From NCBI GenBank assembly GCA_963702435.1, contig CAVPCR010000001.1, positions 1,408,001 through 1,472,000 of the forward strand: DNA of 64,000 nucleotides, written 5' to 3'. Position 1 is the first letter of the stretch, and each line of letters begins with the position of its first letter. The notes under the pieces were generated by a model that had not been told where the DNA came from, did not search any database, and saw nothing but the letters and a program-made list of their open reading frames with translations. The position numbers and the translations under genes were made by a program. This DNA comes from Candidatus Eiseniibacteriota bacterium (lineage in GTDB: Bacteria > Eisenbacteria > RBG-16-71-46 > CAVPCR01). Shown piece after piece: positions 41,005 through 52,464 of this stretch.

Positions 41005-43479
41005 CTACTTCATGAGCACCATCTTCCGAGTCGCCGACTGGCCGAGCGACTCGACGCGGTAGTAGTAGACGCCCGACGCCACCGACTGGCCCGCGTCGTC
41101 GACCCCGTTCCAGGCGATCGTCTTCACGCCCGCCGACTCGACGCCCTGGAAGAGCGTGCGCACGAGGCGCCCGGAGACGTCGAAGACGGTCACCGTCACC
41201 TCGCCCCGCGACGGCAGCGAGTAGGTGATCGTGGTCTGCGGGTTGAACGGGTTCGGCTGGTTCGGGCCCACGGCGAAGCGGACCGGCGCCGACGCGGCCG
41301 GTTCATCGATCGCCGACGATCCCTGGCGGGTGAGGAGCACGAGGTCGTCCACCGCCGCCTCGACGACCGAGCCGGACCCGAGGTCGCTGGCCTTGAAGCG
41401 GAGCCGCACCTGGTTCGGCGTGCCGAAGAGCGCGACCACGTCCACGAGCACGTTCACCCAGGTGTTCTGGAGGCTGTTCGGCGGGTTCACGTTCTCGACG
41501 CTCGTCCACGTCGTGCCGCCGTCGTTCGAGATGTCGACGACCCAGTTGTCGGCGTTCGGGGCGCCGCCCTGGTTGTTCGAGTACCAGCGCTCGTAAGAGA
41601 GCTTGCACATCTGGGTGTACTGGGAGAGGTCGTAGACCGGCGTGAGGAGCGTCGTCGTCCCGCCGTCCACGTCCGCGGCGCCGAGGCCGCCACCGGCGAC
41701 CCCCTGCCCGGTGACGTAGCACATGGTGCCGGGCGGCGGCGTGTAGTCGTCCTCGGGCTGCGCGGCCGTGCCGACGGGATCGACCCGGATCCAGATCCCG
41801 GCCGTGGCGTTGTCGCCCGGCGCGCCCACGGTCCAGCCCGACGCGGTCTCCAGCTCGTCCACCGCGGTCGCCACGTAGAACGCATGCAGGGTGGCCGGCG
41901 CGCCCGCCGGGATGGTGCTCTCGTAACCACTCGAGTTCCGGCTGTAGATGTAGTACTGAACCTGGGCATCGGCGATCTGCGCGGGCACGTCGGCCGCGTA
42001 GGTATCGGGCCCGATGCTCGTCATGTCCACCTGATTGAAGGCGCCGCCGTCGATCCGGTAGTAGAGCCGCGCCACGTCGAGCGTGCCCTCGTTGACGAAC
42101 ACATTGGCCGTCACCGGGTACGGATTCACATGATCCGTGGTCGAGTGGAGCACCGTGTGGGTCATGGTGAGGGCCGGCGCCTCCGCCATGGTCGCGATGA
42201 GCCCGACCGCGCTCTTCACCGAGTTCACGGCCAGGGTCGGCGAGTTGTAGCTCGTCCCGATCACGTCGTTCGTGGTGTGGATGTACGGGCTGTAGCTCCC
42301 CGTGTCCTCGAAGAAGAGGATCGCGTTGTAGCCGGCCGCCCAGAAGGAGGCGTGGTCGCTCGAGCCGCCGGTCAGCGCGCCGGTCACGATCGAGAAGCCC
42401 GGGTTGTAGAGATTGCCGGTCTGGATCACCAGGTCCCGGATCCACGCCGAGCTCGAGTTGGTGATGATGTCGAGGTCGAGGAGGTCGCCGCCGGCGAGGT
42501 ATCCGATCATGTCCACCTGGACCATGCCGATGATGTCGTCCCCGTTCGAGCGCGCCAGATTGGCGTAGGCCTCGCTCCCGAGTAGCCCCTGCTCCTCGCC
42601 CGAGAACCCGACGAGGGTGATCGTGTAGTCGTGCGGGTACTGGGTCAGGATGCGTGCGACCTCGAGCAGGCAGCCGACGCCCGAGGCGTCGTCATCGGCG
42701 CCGGGCTCGTTGCCCGCGCTGGACGAGTACGAGTCGTAGTGCGCGCCGAGGACCACGATCTGATCGGGGAAGCGCGTGCCCGGGATCGTGGCCACCACGT
42801 TGGGAGCGTAGGTCGCGCTCCAGGTCTGGAAGGAGACATCGGTGATGCCGAGAGCGCGGAACTGGTCCGAGATCCAGCGCCCCGCGGCCCGGCACGAGTC
42901 GGTCGACGAGCGGCGCGTGCGGAAGTTCTGGAGGCGGAGCACGGTGGCGTCGATGTTCGCCCCCGTGACCATGTTGACCATCTGCTGGATGGTGGGGTCG
43001 GGAACGAGGAGCTCGCGCCGCAGCTCCGGCTTCACGACCGGGGCGAGGCGTATCGGCCGGATGAAGACGCGCGCGATCTCGAAGTGGCCGGTCACGAGAT
43101 CGGCTTCCTCCGGCGTCGCCTCGATCACGGCGAGATCCGAGTCCGAATACAGAATTCGCACGCCGGGCACCCGCTCGGCGAGCGACGCCCCGCGCAGGTG
43201 CACGGTGTAGAAGGTCTTCCCGTCGATGCTCGGCGCGAGCACGGTCATGCGGAGGCCGAGCTCGTCGAGGAGCGCAAGCCGGTCCGGCCCGGCGACCACG
43301 AGGAGGTGGCTCTCGAAGTCGCGAACGACCATCACGTCCGCGGCGATGAGGGTCGCGGCGGTGCGCGCGTTCGGATTCTCGATGAGGATCAGGGATTCGC
43401 CGGGGAGCGGGGCGGAGGCGGCGGGAGAAGCGGCGGCGGCCAGCGCGGCCGCGAGGACGGCGATCAAAACAAGTCTCAT
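41005..43479 (-). CDS. Secreted M28 peptidase with additional beta-sandwich domains and C-terminal FlgD-Ig/T9SS-CTD-like domain
   Basis: GAHYDS, PGADDDASG, GEEQGLLGS, DMIGY, SDHASF; PNPFNPQTTI...SGVYYYR...RKMVLMK. Confidence 0.92.
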   Translation of the reverse strand: MRLVLIAVLAAALAAAASPAASAPLPGESLILIENPNARTAATLIAADVMVVRDFESHLLVVAGPDRLALLDELGLRMTVLAPSIDGKTFYTVHLRGASLAERVPGVRILYSDSDLAVIEATPEEADLVTGHFEIARVFIRPIRLAPVVKPELRRELLVPDPTIQQMVNMVTGANIDATVLRLQNFRTRRSSTDSCRAAGRWISDQFRALGITDVSFQTWSATYAPNVVATIPGTRFPDQIVVLGAHYDSYSSSAGNEPGADDDASGVGCLLEVARILTQYPHDYTITLVGFSGEEQGLLGSEAYANLARSNGDDIIGMVQVDMIGYLAGGDLLDLDIITNSSSAWIRDLVIQTGNLYNPGFSIVTGALTGGSSDHASFWAAGYNAILFFEDTGSYSPYIHTTNDVIGTSYNSPTLAVNSVKSAVGLIATMAEAPALTMTHTVLHSTTDHVNPYPVTANVFVNEGTLDVARLYYRIDGGAFNQVDMTSIGPDTYAADVPAQIADAQVQYYIYSRNSSGYESTIPAGAPATLHAFYVATAVDELETASGWTVGAPGDNATAGIWIRVDPVGTAAQPEDDYTPPPGTMCYVTGQGVAGGGLGAADVDGGTTTLLTPVYDLSQYTQMCKLSYERWYSNNQGGAPNADNWVVDISNDGGTTWTSVENVNPPNSLQNTWVNVLVDVVALFGTPNQVRLRFKASDLGSGSVVEAAVDDLVLLTRQGSSAIDEPAASAPVRFAVGPNQPNPFNPQTTITYSLPSRGEVTVTVFDVSGRLVRTLFQGVESAGVKTIAWNGVDDAGQSVASGVYYYRVESLGQSATRKMVLMK

Positions 43480-43734
43480 GGTGTACTCCCGGTGGAAACT
43501 CCGCGGCCCCTCGGATCAGCCCTCTAGTCTATCATGACCATGTGAACTTTGCCAAGCATTGATTTGACAAGAACATAGAGTGACGCGCCACCTGCCGCGA
43601 ACCACTGTCGCGCCCGACGCCGGGCCCCGGAGGCCCGGCGCGGAGGCGCGGGGGGCGCAGGTTGACCCATCCCGCGGCCAGGGGCTAGCCTCCGCCATCC
43701 CTCCTTGCTCCGGGGCCCGACCCGTCACGAAACC

Positions 43735-45102
43735 ATGGACACGACCCACACGCGCGCCCTCGGCGAGATCCTCCCGCTCTGGTCGGCGCTGCCCTTCGCG
43801 GCGCTCCTCGGCGCGATCGCGATCGGGCCGCTCCTCGCGCCGCACTTCTGGCACCGCCACTACCCGAAGGTCGCGGGCGCCCTCGCGCTCGCCCTCGCCA
43901 TCCCCTTCCTCCTCGCCTACCGCGGCGAGGCCGCGCACGCGATCCTGCACACGGCCGCCATCGACTACATCCCGTTCATCCTCCTCCTGTGGGGCCTCTA
44001 CACGGTGGCCGGCGGGATCGTGCTTCGCGGCACCCTGACCGCGACCCCGGCCATCAACGCCGGCTTCCTCGCCTTCGGCGCCCTCATCGCCTCCGCGATG
44101 GGGACGACCGGCGCGTCGATGCTCCTCATCCGCCCGGTGCTCCGCGCCAACGCCTGGCGCACGCACCAGTCGCATGTGGTCATCTTCTTCATCTTCCTCG
44201 TCGCCAACATCGGCGGCTCGCTCACCCCGCTCGGGGATCCGCCGCTCTTCCTCGGATTCCTGCACGGGCTCTCCTTCTTCTGGACCCTCCGGCTCCTCCC
44301 GATCACGACCTTCGTCGTGCTCCTGGTCCTCGCCGTCTTCTACCTCCTCGATCGGCGGTACTACGCGCGCGAGCGAGCGCGCCTCGTTGCCCATCGCGCC
44401 GCCGCCCCGGCGCGCGAGCCGCTTGGCATCGCCGGCACGCACAACTTCCTCTATCTCGCCGGCATCGTGGGCGCCGTGCTCCTTTCGGGGCTGTGGCACG
44501 CCGGTTCGCTCGAGGTGCTCGGAGTCGAGGTCGAGCGGGCCGGCCTCGCGCGGGACGCGCTCATCCTGCTCATGGGAATCCTGTCGCTCGCAACGACGCC
44601 GCGGGATCTCCGGCGCGCGAACGGCTTCACCTGGGCCCCGATCAGCGAGGTAGCCATCCTCTTCGCCGCCATCTTCATGACCATCATCCCGGCGCTCGCC
44701 ATCCTCAAGGCGGGCACCCAGGGTGCGCTGGGGCCGCTGCTCCGGAACGTGGCCGAGCCGGCGCACTACTTCTGGCTCACCGGAACCCTCTCGTCCTTCC
44801 TCGACAACGCGCCGACCTATCTCACCTTCCTCAACTCGCTCCTCGGACGCTTCTATGTGGGCGTGCCCGAGGCGGTCGCCATCGATCAGCTGGGCGCGGT
44901 GCGGACGATCTACCTCGAAGCGGTCGCGGCGGGGGCGGTCTTCATGGGCGCCAACACCTACATCGGGAACGCGCCCAACTTCATGGTCAAGTCGATCGCC
45001 GAGGAATCGGGGGTGGCGATGCCGTCCTTCATCGGCTACATGGGCTGGTCCGTCGCGATCCTCGTCCCGATCTTCATCGTGACGACATGGATCTTCTTCT
45101 GA
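43735..45102 (+). CDS. Putative sodium:proton antiporter (IT superfamily)
   Basis: Multi-TM protein; GTTGASMLLIRP, NIGGSLTPLGDPPL, SSFLDNAPTY, NTYIGNAPNFMVK. Confidence 0.85.
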   Translation: MDTTHTRALGEILPLWSALPFAALLGAIAIGPLLAPHFWHRHYPKVAGALALALAIPFLLAYRGEAAHAILHTAAIDYIPFILLLWGLYTVAGGIVLRGTLTATPAINAGFLAFGALIASAMGTTGASMLLIRPVLRANAWRTHQSHVVIFFIFLVANIGGSLTPLGDPPLFLGFLHGLSFFWTLRLLPITTFVVLLVLAVFYLLDRRYYARERARLVAHRAAAPAREPLGIAGTHNFLYLAGIVGAVLLSGLWHAGSLEVLGVEVERAGLARDALILLMGILSLATTPRDLRRANGFTWAPISEVAILFAAIFMTIIPALAILKAGTQGALGPLLRNVAEPAHYFWLTGTLSSFLDNAPTYLTFLNSLLGRFYVGVPEAVAIDQLGAVRTIYLEAVAAGAVFMGANTYIGNAPNFMVKSIAEESGVAMPSFIGYMGWSVAILVPIFIVTTWIFF

Positions 45103-45151
45103 GCTGGCGCGGCGAGAGGGGCGGGCAGGAGAGCTGCGCGGCACGGCGCGA

Positions 45152-45823
45152 TCAGAACTCGCCGCCCAGGCCGATCATGTAGTAGTCGTCGTCGCTGTCC
45201 CACACGTTGAACGCGTAGAAGGAGAACGTCGCGTTGCGGTAGCCCGTGTACAGTGTGAGCGCGGCATTCACGTCGCCGGCGAGGGCGCGCAGGCGGTTGC
45301 GCTCGATGGTGATCCCGGCCGCGAAGGGCGGCCGCGGCGTGTAGAGCCACTCGGACCAGCTGTAGAAGAAGCTCTCATCGCCGTCCTCGATATCGAACAG
45401 GTACTCGGCGCTCGTCGAGAACGAGAAGCGCCGCCAGCCGAGGTCGGCGTTGAGCCCGGGCGCGAATCCGCGGGTCCGCCCGAACACCCCGCCCGCGAGC
45501 GGGGCGACCCACCAGGTGAGCTCGTCGCCGCCTTCGCCGCCGACCTCGCCCTCGAAGGTGCGCCCGAACCACACCGAGCCGGTCTCGAGATCCTCGTACT
45601 GATAGCGACCTTCAGCGTACAGCCGGCCCCGTGTGATGGACGCCAGCGGGGTGAGGTAGGTCAGGTCCGGGACCATGTTCACGTAGAGGCCGGCGGTGAT
45701 GGACTCCGCATCGGCGTCGGCACGCGCAGTCGCCGGGAAGGCCGCGGTCAGGGCCGATCCGAGAACCGCGGCGAGAAGGAAGGCGGCGTGCACGCGCCGC
45801 GGCGAGCCGGATCGTGCACGCAT
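45152..45823 (-). CDS. Small outer-membrane beta-barrel-like protein
   Basis: Signal peptide, aromatic alternating strands, C-terminal Phe. Confidence 0.65.
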   Translation of the reverse strand: MRARSGSPRRVHAAFLLAAVLGSALTAAFPATARADADAESITAGLYVNMVPDLTYLTPLASITRGRLYAEGRYQYEDLETGSVWFGRTFEGEVGGEGGDELTWWVAPLAGGVFGRTRGFAPGLNADLGWRRFSFSTSAEYLFDIEDGDESFFYSWSEWLYTPRPPFAAGITIERNRLRALAGDVNAALTLYTGYRNATFSFYAFNVWDSDDDYYMIGLGGEF

Positions 45824-46233
45824 CAATGCGCCCTCCGCTTCTTGTACTCGAGCAGGTAGAGATTCCGCGAGTAGACGAGTACGCCGAAGACCTGGCCCGC
45901 CATCCCCACCGGATCGCCGCGGCGCAGGAAGTAGAAGAAGAGGGCGGCCCCGCCGACCAGGCTGAGCACCCAGAAACCGCGCGGGACGATGCTCTCCTTG
46001 GCGCGCTCGGAGGCGATCCACTGGATCAGGAAGCGCAGGCCGAACACGCCCTGGGCGGCGAAGCCGAAGACGAGCCAGGCCGTCGAGAGGCCGGTGTCGC
46101 GCGGATCGGCCGCCGGCCCCGGAGCGCCGGCCTGGAGCGCCGCGGGGAGGCCGAGCGCGCACAGCACGCACAGCGCGCACAGCACGCCGAGAAGCGGAAC
46201 GGCCGTCGCCCGATGCAGCACTTTCGCGTTCAT
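45823..46233 (-). CDS. Lipid-A-disaccharide synthase N-terminal (LAB_N) domain membrane protein
   Basis: GFAAQ..FG.RFLIQWIASE....S.VP..FW..S..G; DPV...GQ..G..VY.RNL. Confidence 0.88.
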   Translation of the reverse strand: MNAKVLHRATAVPLLGVLCALCVLCALGLPAALQAGAPGPAADPRDTGLSTAWLVFGFAAQGVFGLRFLIQWIASERAKESIVPRGFWVLSLVGGAALFFYFLRRGDPVGMAGQVFGVLVYSRNLYLLEYKKRRAH

Positions 46234-47003
46234 GGCTCGCTCCGCCGGGACGCCGCGTCACCGTGTTCGTCGCTCTCGGTCACTGATTCCACCGCCTTCC
46301 ATACGCGCTGCCGGGAGACGAGCCAGCGCACGCCGAAGAGGTCAGCGATGCCGGCCCTGAGACGATTGTGGATCCCGTACTTGCTCTGCCCTGCTTGCCG
46401 GGCCCGATGCGACACCGGGATCTCGGTCACCGTGAAGCCGCGCATGGCAACGAGCGTCGGCAGGAACCGATGCATGCCGTGGAAGTAAGGCACGGCGAGC
46501 GCCGCTTCGCGTCGGAGCACCCGGGTCGAGCAGCCGACGTCGGTCACGCGGTCGCCGACGATCCAGTTGCGCGCGGTGTTGGCGATGCGGGACGTCACGC
46601 GGCGAACCACACCGTCATGGCGGGCGACGCGGATCCCGTTCACCATGTCGAACCCGTAACGAGCGGCGTGGTCGAGCTGGCCGAGGAGGTCGCGCGGATC
46701 GTTCTGGCCGTCGCCGTCGAGCGTGGCGATCCAGGTTCCGCGCGCGGCGACGAACCCGGCCGCGAGGGCCGCCGATTGCCCGCGGTTCCGGTGCAGGCGG
46801 ACGAGCCGGTGTGGAGCGGGGAGCGCGGCGACCCGCGCCGCCGTGCCGTCGGTCGAGCCGTCATCCACCCACACCACCTCCCAGGGAAAGGGCACGCCGG
46901 CGAAGGCCATCCCGATGTCCGCCGCCAGCAGGGGGACGCTGTCCTCCTCGTTGCAGACCGGGATCACGATGCTGAGATGAGTCGAGTCGAGAATCATGGG
47001 CAT
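46230..47003 (-). CDS. GT2 polyprenol-phosphate glycosyltransferase (DPM1/ArnC-like)
   Basis: SIVIP..NEE, VDDGSTDGT, GQSAA, LDGDGQNDP, MHRFLP, SKYG. Confidence 0.9.
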   Translation of the reverse strand: MPMILDSTHLSIVIPVCNEEDSVPLLAADIGMAFAGVPFPWEVVWVDDGSTDGTAARVAALPAPHRLVRLHRNRGQSAALAAGFVAARGTWIATLDGDGQNDPRDLLGQLDHAARYGFDMVNGIRVARHDGVVRRVTSRIANTARNWIVGDRVTDVGCSTRVLRREAALAVPYFHGMHRFLPTLVAMRGFTVTEIPVSHRARQAGQSKYGIHNRLRAGIADLFGVRWLVSRQRVWKAVESVTESDEHGDAASRRSEP

Positions 47004-47134
47004 GGGTGCTGAGCGTGCGGGCCGGGCAGCGGGTCCGCGGAACGCGACGCTCGCCGTAGGTTATCATCGTCGCGATCCCGGTGCCAGACGCGCAGCCGCC
47101 GCCGGGCGCCGGTCCCGCACAGGAGAGAAGGACC

Positions 47135-47716
47135 ATGGCAGATCGCTACCACCACCTCCTGATCGATGGCCCCCGGGGCTGGACGCTCGGGTTCATCCAC
47201 GGCTATCTGCGCGGCGCGCGGGCGGCGACCATGCCGCTCGATGCCGAGGCGGAGGGAGTCGCCTGCGAGCACCTCCGCGAGCGGCTGCGCGAGCTTCTCG
47301 AGCCCGGGCGAGAGATCCTGCATCTGCTCGCCGGAGAGGACGAGATCGCGCGCGTGCGGGAGGCGCTCGTCGACCCCGAGGCCGTCGCGCGGGGCGTCGG
47401 GCTCAAGGAGGCCCTGCCGGTCGCAGGGGCGGCGTTCGAGTTCTCGCTCCGCATCTACTCGCGAGAGCATGCAGCACAGGTCCGTGAGCTCTTCGCTCAC
47501 CTGCCGCCGGGCGTCGAGCTCACGAGCGACACGTCGTTCCAGGAGATCCTCGATCCGGAAGCCGCCGGCGCCCACTCGATGGCGCCCGCGCACGGCTTCG
47601 AGCTCCGCGGAGAGGGATCGGCCGCCGGGCCGCTCAACGGCATCCTCGTGCTGCATCGCGCCTGCCGCGACCTCGAGCTCGTCAAGGAGCGGCCGATCCG
47701 GCTGCGCTACGAGTGA
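47135..47716 (+). CDS. Hypothetical protein
   Basis: AGGAGAGAAGGA RBS; protein-like composition. Confidence 0.65.
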   Translation: MADRYHHLLIDGPRGWTLGFIHGYLRGARAATMPLDAEAEGVACEHLRERLRELLEPGREILHLLAGEDEIARVREALVDPEAVARGVGLKEALPVAGAAFEFSLRIYSREHAAQVRELFAHLPPGVELTSDTSFQEILDPEAAGAHSMAPAHGFELRGEGSAAGPLNGILVLHRACRDLELVKERPIRLRYE

Positions 47717-47767
47717 GCGCCGGCTCGCCGGACGAGGGCGGCCCGCGCTCACGCCGAGCGCCCGCGC

Positions 47768-50700
47768 TCACGCCGTGCGGCCGAGGTAGGCGCGCAGCCG
47801 GGGCGGGACGCGCCGCCGGATGAGCGCGGCAGCCGCCGCCGCGCGGTCCGCCGGTTCGAGATCGACGAGGAAGGTCACCGCACGCGCGACGCGCACCGCG
47901 ACCGGCACTCCGTCGCGGAAGAGGAGCCGATTCCCGGCCCGCACCGGCAGGCGCTCACCGGGCGTGACCACCCCGATCAGGTTGAGCGGATCGGCAGCGC
48001 TCACCGCGACGAGCTCACCGCGCCTCGGCTCGCGCCTGAGCGCCCGCAACAGGCCGACCGCATCGGGCAGCGCGTACTGCTCGCCGGCGAATCCGGCCAC
48101 GAAGCGGCCGCCGCGGATCTCGCCGCGCGCCTCGAGACGGCGGTAGACACGGAGGAGATCGCGCCACGGCGGGAGCGCGCTCTCGCGCTCGACGAGCCGC
48201 CGGAAGACGATGCCGTAGCGCCGGAGGAGCGCCAGCGCGATGGTCTCGGCGGGGGATTCCGTGCCGGTGTGCGGCTCGGCGGCGGTCGCTCCCGCATCAC
48301 GTCGCAGCCGCGTCCAGCGCCCTGCGCTCTCCATGCCGAAGACGGCCACCCGCCCGCGCCGCCGCCGCCCGCCGAGCGGCGGACGCTCCGCGGATGGCGT
48401 CAGGAGCGCGCGCAGTCCGGTGAAGCTGTCGGCGGTCGCGAGCCCGTGCGCGACGAGCTCCGCGAGCGCCGCCTCGACCTGCGTGCGCAGGAGCCCCGCT
48501 CCGCGCCCGATCTCGGCGAAGAAGGACGCGCCGTCCCGCGTCAGGTGCTCGAGCGTGCGGCGCGCCTGCGGCGTGAGTGGAACCTCGTCGGGTGCCGCGG
48601 CGAGGGCGTCGCGCCATGCGGCCAGATGCTCGCGCGCGAGAAGCGTGATCGGCGTGGCGCGCACCGGCGCGATCGCGCGCCGGCGCGGAGCGGTCGCTCC
48701 GTCCCCTCCGTCCGCCCCGCTTGCTCCGCTCGCTCCCTTCGCGCCGCCGTTCCCGCGCGGCGGCGTGAGACGGAGCCAGGTCAGGCGCCCGGAGAGACAG
48801 AGGCCGTCGAGCCACAGGGGATCGTACTCGACGAGGCGAGCCGGCAGGAGATCGGACTCCCACGCCGCGGCCGGCGCCTCGAAGCCCGCGAGCTGCTCGA
48901 CGATCGCGGCGAGCGCCTCCGGCCCTTCCCCGCGCCGCTCGGGCACGACGCGCTGCCAGGCGAGGAGGAAGCGCATGAAGTCGGCGCTCGCCACCGGCTC
49001 GATCTCGCTCCGGAGGCGGTTCAAGGTGTAGCGATGGATGCGCGCGAGGAGCCGCCGCTCGCACCATTCGATGCCGCGATCGGCGGCGCCGGCGGCACCG
49101 TCTCCGGCGCCGGCACCGTCTCCGGCGGCCGCCGGCGTGAAGCGGCCGCGGAGAACGAAGCCCTCGCCCTCGAGCGCGATGAGCGCCTGCTCGACCGCCG
49201 CCGTCTCGAGGCCGGCGGACACGGCGAGGTCCGCGGCCGTGATCGGCCCGACGCTCTCGAGCCGCCCGCGCACGATCTCGACGAGCGCCTCCTCGCGCGA
49301 CCACGCGCGCGCGGCGAACTCGGCGGGTGCTGCGATCGGGGGCGCGAGCGGCGCCGCGGGGTGGATCGCGCAAAGCTGCGGCAACCGCTCGGCGGCGACC
49401 CAGAGCGGCGCGGCGCCCGGCGCCGGCGTGAGCCGCGTCGCGCGGCGGGCGGCGACGAGCTCGTCGAGGAAGCCGGCCCACCCACCCGCTCGCCCCTCCT
49501 CCTCGCCGATGAAACCGAGGAGCGAGAGCGCGTCGTGCAGCTCGTCCGCGTGCTCGGCCGCGGGCCAGGCCTCGCCGCGCACGCGCTCGATCGCGCTCGC
49601 ATCGAGGGCGCCGAGATCGGAAGCGGTCTCCGGATCGAGCCAGCGCCGGCTCATGACCGCCTGCGTGCGCCGCTCCTCGAGCGGCGCGTCGTCGAGAAAC
49701 GCGTAGGGGCGCGCCGAGAGGATCTCCTGCGCGAGCGGCGACGGCTCGGTCAGGTCGCGCGCCACGAGCCGCCGCTCGCCGCGCTCGATCGAGGCGAGAA
49801 GCGCCTCCAGCGCGTCGATGTCCATCGCCTCGACCAGGCAATCACGGACGGTCTCCGCGACCAGCGGATGGTCGGGCACCGGGAGCGGCCCCGGCGGCAG
49901 GTTCTCGAAGCAGGCCACCTGATCGGGAAAGACGAGCGCGAGGAGATCGTCGGCGTCCATCCGCTGGAAGCGCGGCGGCACCTTCTTCCCGCCGCGGAAG
50001 CGGAGGATGGCGAGGGCGCGCGTCGCGTTCCAGCGCCAGCGCGTCTGGAACATGGGCGCGGCGAGGAGCGCCTGCACGAGGACATCGCGCACCGTGGCCG
50101 CCGAGAGATACTGGAACACCGATTCGAGCGGGAAGCTGTGCGTCGGCCCGAGCGAGAGCACGATCGCATCCTCGGTCGCCGCCGCCTGCAGCTCGAAGTT
50201 GAAGCGCTGGCAGAAGCGCTTGCGGAGCGCGAGGCCCCAGGCGCGATTCAAGCGGCTCCCGAAGGGCGAGTGCACGACGAGCTGCATGCCGCCCGCCTCG
50301 TCGAAGAAGCGCTCGAGGACGAGCGTGTCCTGGGTCGGCATCACGCCGAGCGCGGCGCGCGCCGCGGTGAGATAGTCGGCCACCTGCTCCGCCGCCGCGG
50401 GTCCAACGCCGGGCTCGCTCGCGACGAGCGCGGCGACGCGGTCGCGGCCACTCTCGCCTTCGCGCCCGCCCTTGCCCGCGAGGGCCGCCTCGACCTCCGC
50501 GCGGAAGCGCGACACCGCCGCCGACAGCTCCGCCGTCCGCCCCGGCGCCTCGCCGAACCAGAACGGGATGGTTGGCGGCTGGCCCTGCGCGTCCTCCACC
50601 CGCACCCGCCCGGGCTCGATGCGCGCGATCCGCCAGGAAGCGTTGCCGAGCTGGAAGATGTCGCCGGCCATGCTCTCGATCGCGAAGTCCTCGTTGACCG

Positions 50701-52294
50701 TGCCGACGAGGGTGCCGGCCGGATCGAGGATCACCTCGTAATCGGCGGTGTCGGGGATGGCGCCGCCCGAGGTGATGGCGGTCAAGCGCGCCCCGCGCCG
50801 CCCGCGCAGGCGACCGTTCACCGCGTCGCGATGGATGTACGCCCCGCGCCGCCCGCGCCGGGTGGCGAAGCCCTCGGCGAGCATGCGCACGACCTCGTCG
50901 AAGCGCGTGCGCTCGAGCGCGCGGTACGGATGCGCGCGGCGGACCAGCGCGAAGAGGTCGTCCTCCGTCCACTCCTCGCAGGCGGTCGCGGCCACGATCT
51001 GCTGCGCGAGGATGTCGAGCGGCTCCTCGGGGATGCGCACGCGGTCGAGCTCGCCGCGCCGGACCGCGGCGAGGAGCGCCGTGCACTCGACGAGCTCGTC
51101 GCGGCTCGTCGGGAAGAGGCGCCCCTTCGGGAGGCCGCGGAGCTGATGGCCGGAGCGCCCGACCCGCTGCAGGAAGGTCGCGATCGAGCGGGTCGAGCCG
51201 ATCTGGCAGACGAGATCGACCGCGCCGATGTCGATCCCGAGCTCGAGCGACGAGGTGGCGACGAGCGCCTTGAGCGAACCCGCCTTGAGACGCTGCTCCG
51301 CATCGAAGCGCTGCTCGCGGGCCAGGCTCCCGTGATGCGCGGTCACGTGCTCGGCGCCCAGCCGCTCGCTCAGGTGGCGGCTCAGCCGCTCGGCGAGACG
51401 GCGCGTGTTGACGAAGACGATGGTCGTCCGGTGCGCCGCGATGAGCTCGGCGAGGCGATCGTAGACCTCGGCCCACACTTCCGCCGACATCACGGCCTCG
51501 AGCGGGGAGCGCGGGATCTCGAGCGCGATGTCGAGCGCCCGCCGGTGGCCGGCGTCCACGATCGTGCAGTCGGGGGCTGCGCCCGTGACTGATTCCCCGG
51601 CGCCGACGAGGAAGCGCGCGATCTCCTCGATCGGGCGCTGGGTGGCGGAGAGACCGATGCGCGTGAGCGGGCGTGCCGTTCCATCGCTCGCGCGCCGCGC
51701 GGCGGCCAGGGCCGCGAGCCGCTCGAGCGAGAGCGCCAGGTGCGAGCCGCGCTTGTCGCGGACGAGCGCGTGGATCTCGTCGACGATGACCGTGTGCGCC
51801 GTCCCGAGCATCCGCCGCCCGCGCTCGCTCGTGAGGAGGATGTAGAGCGACTCGGGGGTGGTCACGAAGAGATGCGGCGGCCGCTCGACCATCCGCTGGC
51901 GCGCGGCGGCCTTGGTGTCGCCGGTGCGGACATCGGTGCGGATCGCCACCTCCGGGAGACCCATCGCCACAAGCTCGCGCTCGATCGCGGCGAGCGGCTC
52001 CACGAGGTTCCGCTGGATGTCGTTCGAGAGCGCCTTGAGCGGCGACACGTAGACGACCTGCGTCTCGTCGGGGAGCGCGCCGCCCGCGGCGATGCCCTGG
52101 CGCACGAGGCCGTCGATCGCCGCGAGGAAGGCGGCGAGCGTCTTCCCGGAGCCGGTGGGCGCGGCGATGAGCGTGTTCCGGCCGGCCTGGATCGCGGGCC
52201 AGCCGCGCGCCTGCGGCTCGGTCGGCGCGCCGAGCTCGCGCGCGAACCAGCGCGCGACGGCGGGATGGAAGGTCGCCAGGGCGTCGGCGGTCAT
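47768..52294 (-). CDS. lhr: Lhr-family SF2 helicase
   Basis: [46 protein letters not shown]-terminal winged-helix region. Confidence 0.93.
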   Translation of the reverse strand: MTADALATFHPAVARWFARELGAPTEPQARGWPAIQAGRNTLIAAPTGSGKTLAAFLAAIDGLVRQGIAAGGALPDETQVVYVSPLKALSNDIQRNLVEPLAAIERELVAMGLPEVAIRTDVRTGDTKAAARQRMVERPPHLFVTTPESLYILLTSERGRRMLGTAHTVIVDEIHALVRDKRGSHLALSLERLAALAAARRASDGTARPLTRIGLSATQRPIEEIARFLVGAGESVTGAAPDCTIVDAGHRRALDIALEIPRSPLEAVMSAEVWAEVYDRLAELIAAHRTTIVFVNTRRLAERLSRHLSERLGAEHVTAHHGSLAREQRFDAEQRLKAGSLKALVATSSLELGIDIGAVDLVCQIGSTRSIATFLQRVGRSGHQLRGLPKGRLFPTSRDELVECTALLAAVRRGELDRVRIPEEPLDILAQQIVAATACEEWTEDDLFALVRRAHPYRALERTRFDEVVRMLAEGFATRRGRRGAYIHRDAVNGRLRGRRGARLTAITSGGAIPDTADYEVILDPAGTLVGTVNEDFAIESMAGDIFQLGNASWRIARIEPGRVRVEDAQGQPPTIPFWFGEAPGRTAELSAAVSRFRAEVEAALAGKGGREGESGRDRVAALVASEPGVGPAAAEQVADYLTAARAALGVMPTQDTLVLERFFDEAGGMQLVVHSPFGSRLNRAWGLALRKRFCQRFNFELQAAATEDAIVLSLGPTHSFPLESVFQYLSAATVRDVLVQALLAAPMFQTRWRWNATRALAILRFRGGKKVPPRFQRMDADDLLALVFPDQVACFENLPPGPLPVPDHPLVAETVRDCLVEAMDIDALEALLASIERGERRLVARDLTEPSPLAQEILSARPYAFLDDAPLEERRTQAVMSRRWLDPETASDLGALDASAIERVRGEAWPAAEHADELHDALSLLGFIGEEEGRAGGWAGFLDELVAARRATRLTPAPGAAPLWVAAERLPQLCAIHPAAPLAPPIAAPAEFAARAWSREEALVEIVRGRLESVGPITAADLAVSAGLETAAVEQALIALEGEGFVLRGRFTPAAAGDGAGAGDGAAGAADRGIEWCERRLLARIHRYTLNRLRSEIEPVASADFMRFLLAWQRVVPERRGEGPEALAAIVEQLAGFEAPAAAWESDLLPARLVEYDPLWLDGLCLSGRLTWLRLTPPRGNGGAKGASGASGADGGDGATAPRRRAIAPVRATPITLLAREHLAAWRDALAAAPDEVPLTPQARRTLEHLTRDGASFFAEIGRGAGLLRTQVEAALAELVAHGLATADSFTGLRALLTPSAERPPLGGRRRRGRVAVFGMESAGRWTRLRRDAGATAAEPHTGTESPAETIALALLRRYGIVFRRLVERESALPPWRDLLRVYRRLEARGEIRGGRFVAGFAGEQYALPDAVGLLRALRREPRRGELVAVSAADPLNLIGVVTPGERLPVRAGNRLLFRDGVPVAVRVARAVTFLVDLEPADRAAAAAALIRRRVPPRLRAYLGRTA

Positions 52295-52464
52295 CTCGAT
52301 TCCGGGTTCGGGTGGGCGATGGCGGCCGCCGAGCGGATACGGCGCGCTGCCGCGGCGGAGAGCGGCCGCTGCTCCCCGGGGGGACCACCAGTGTACCCGA
52401 TGCCACCCGATCGCGCCGCCATGCTAGGCTTCCGGCCTGTACTACCAAGGGAGGGGGAGAACCC

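Noticed and set aside
27924..52294. dinB, MutS-like gene and lhr as a defence or mutagenesis island
   Set aside because: Dispersed among unrelated housekeeping genes with no operon linkage or visible SOS box.
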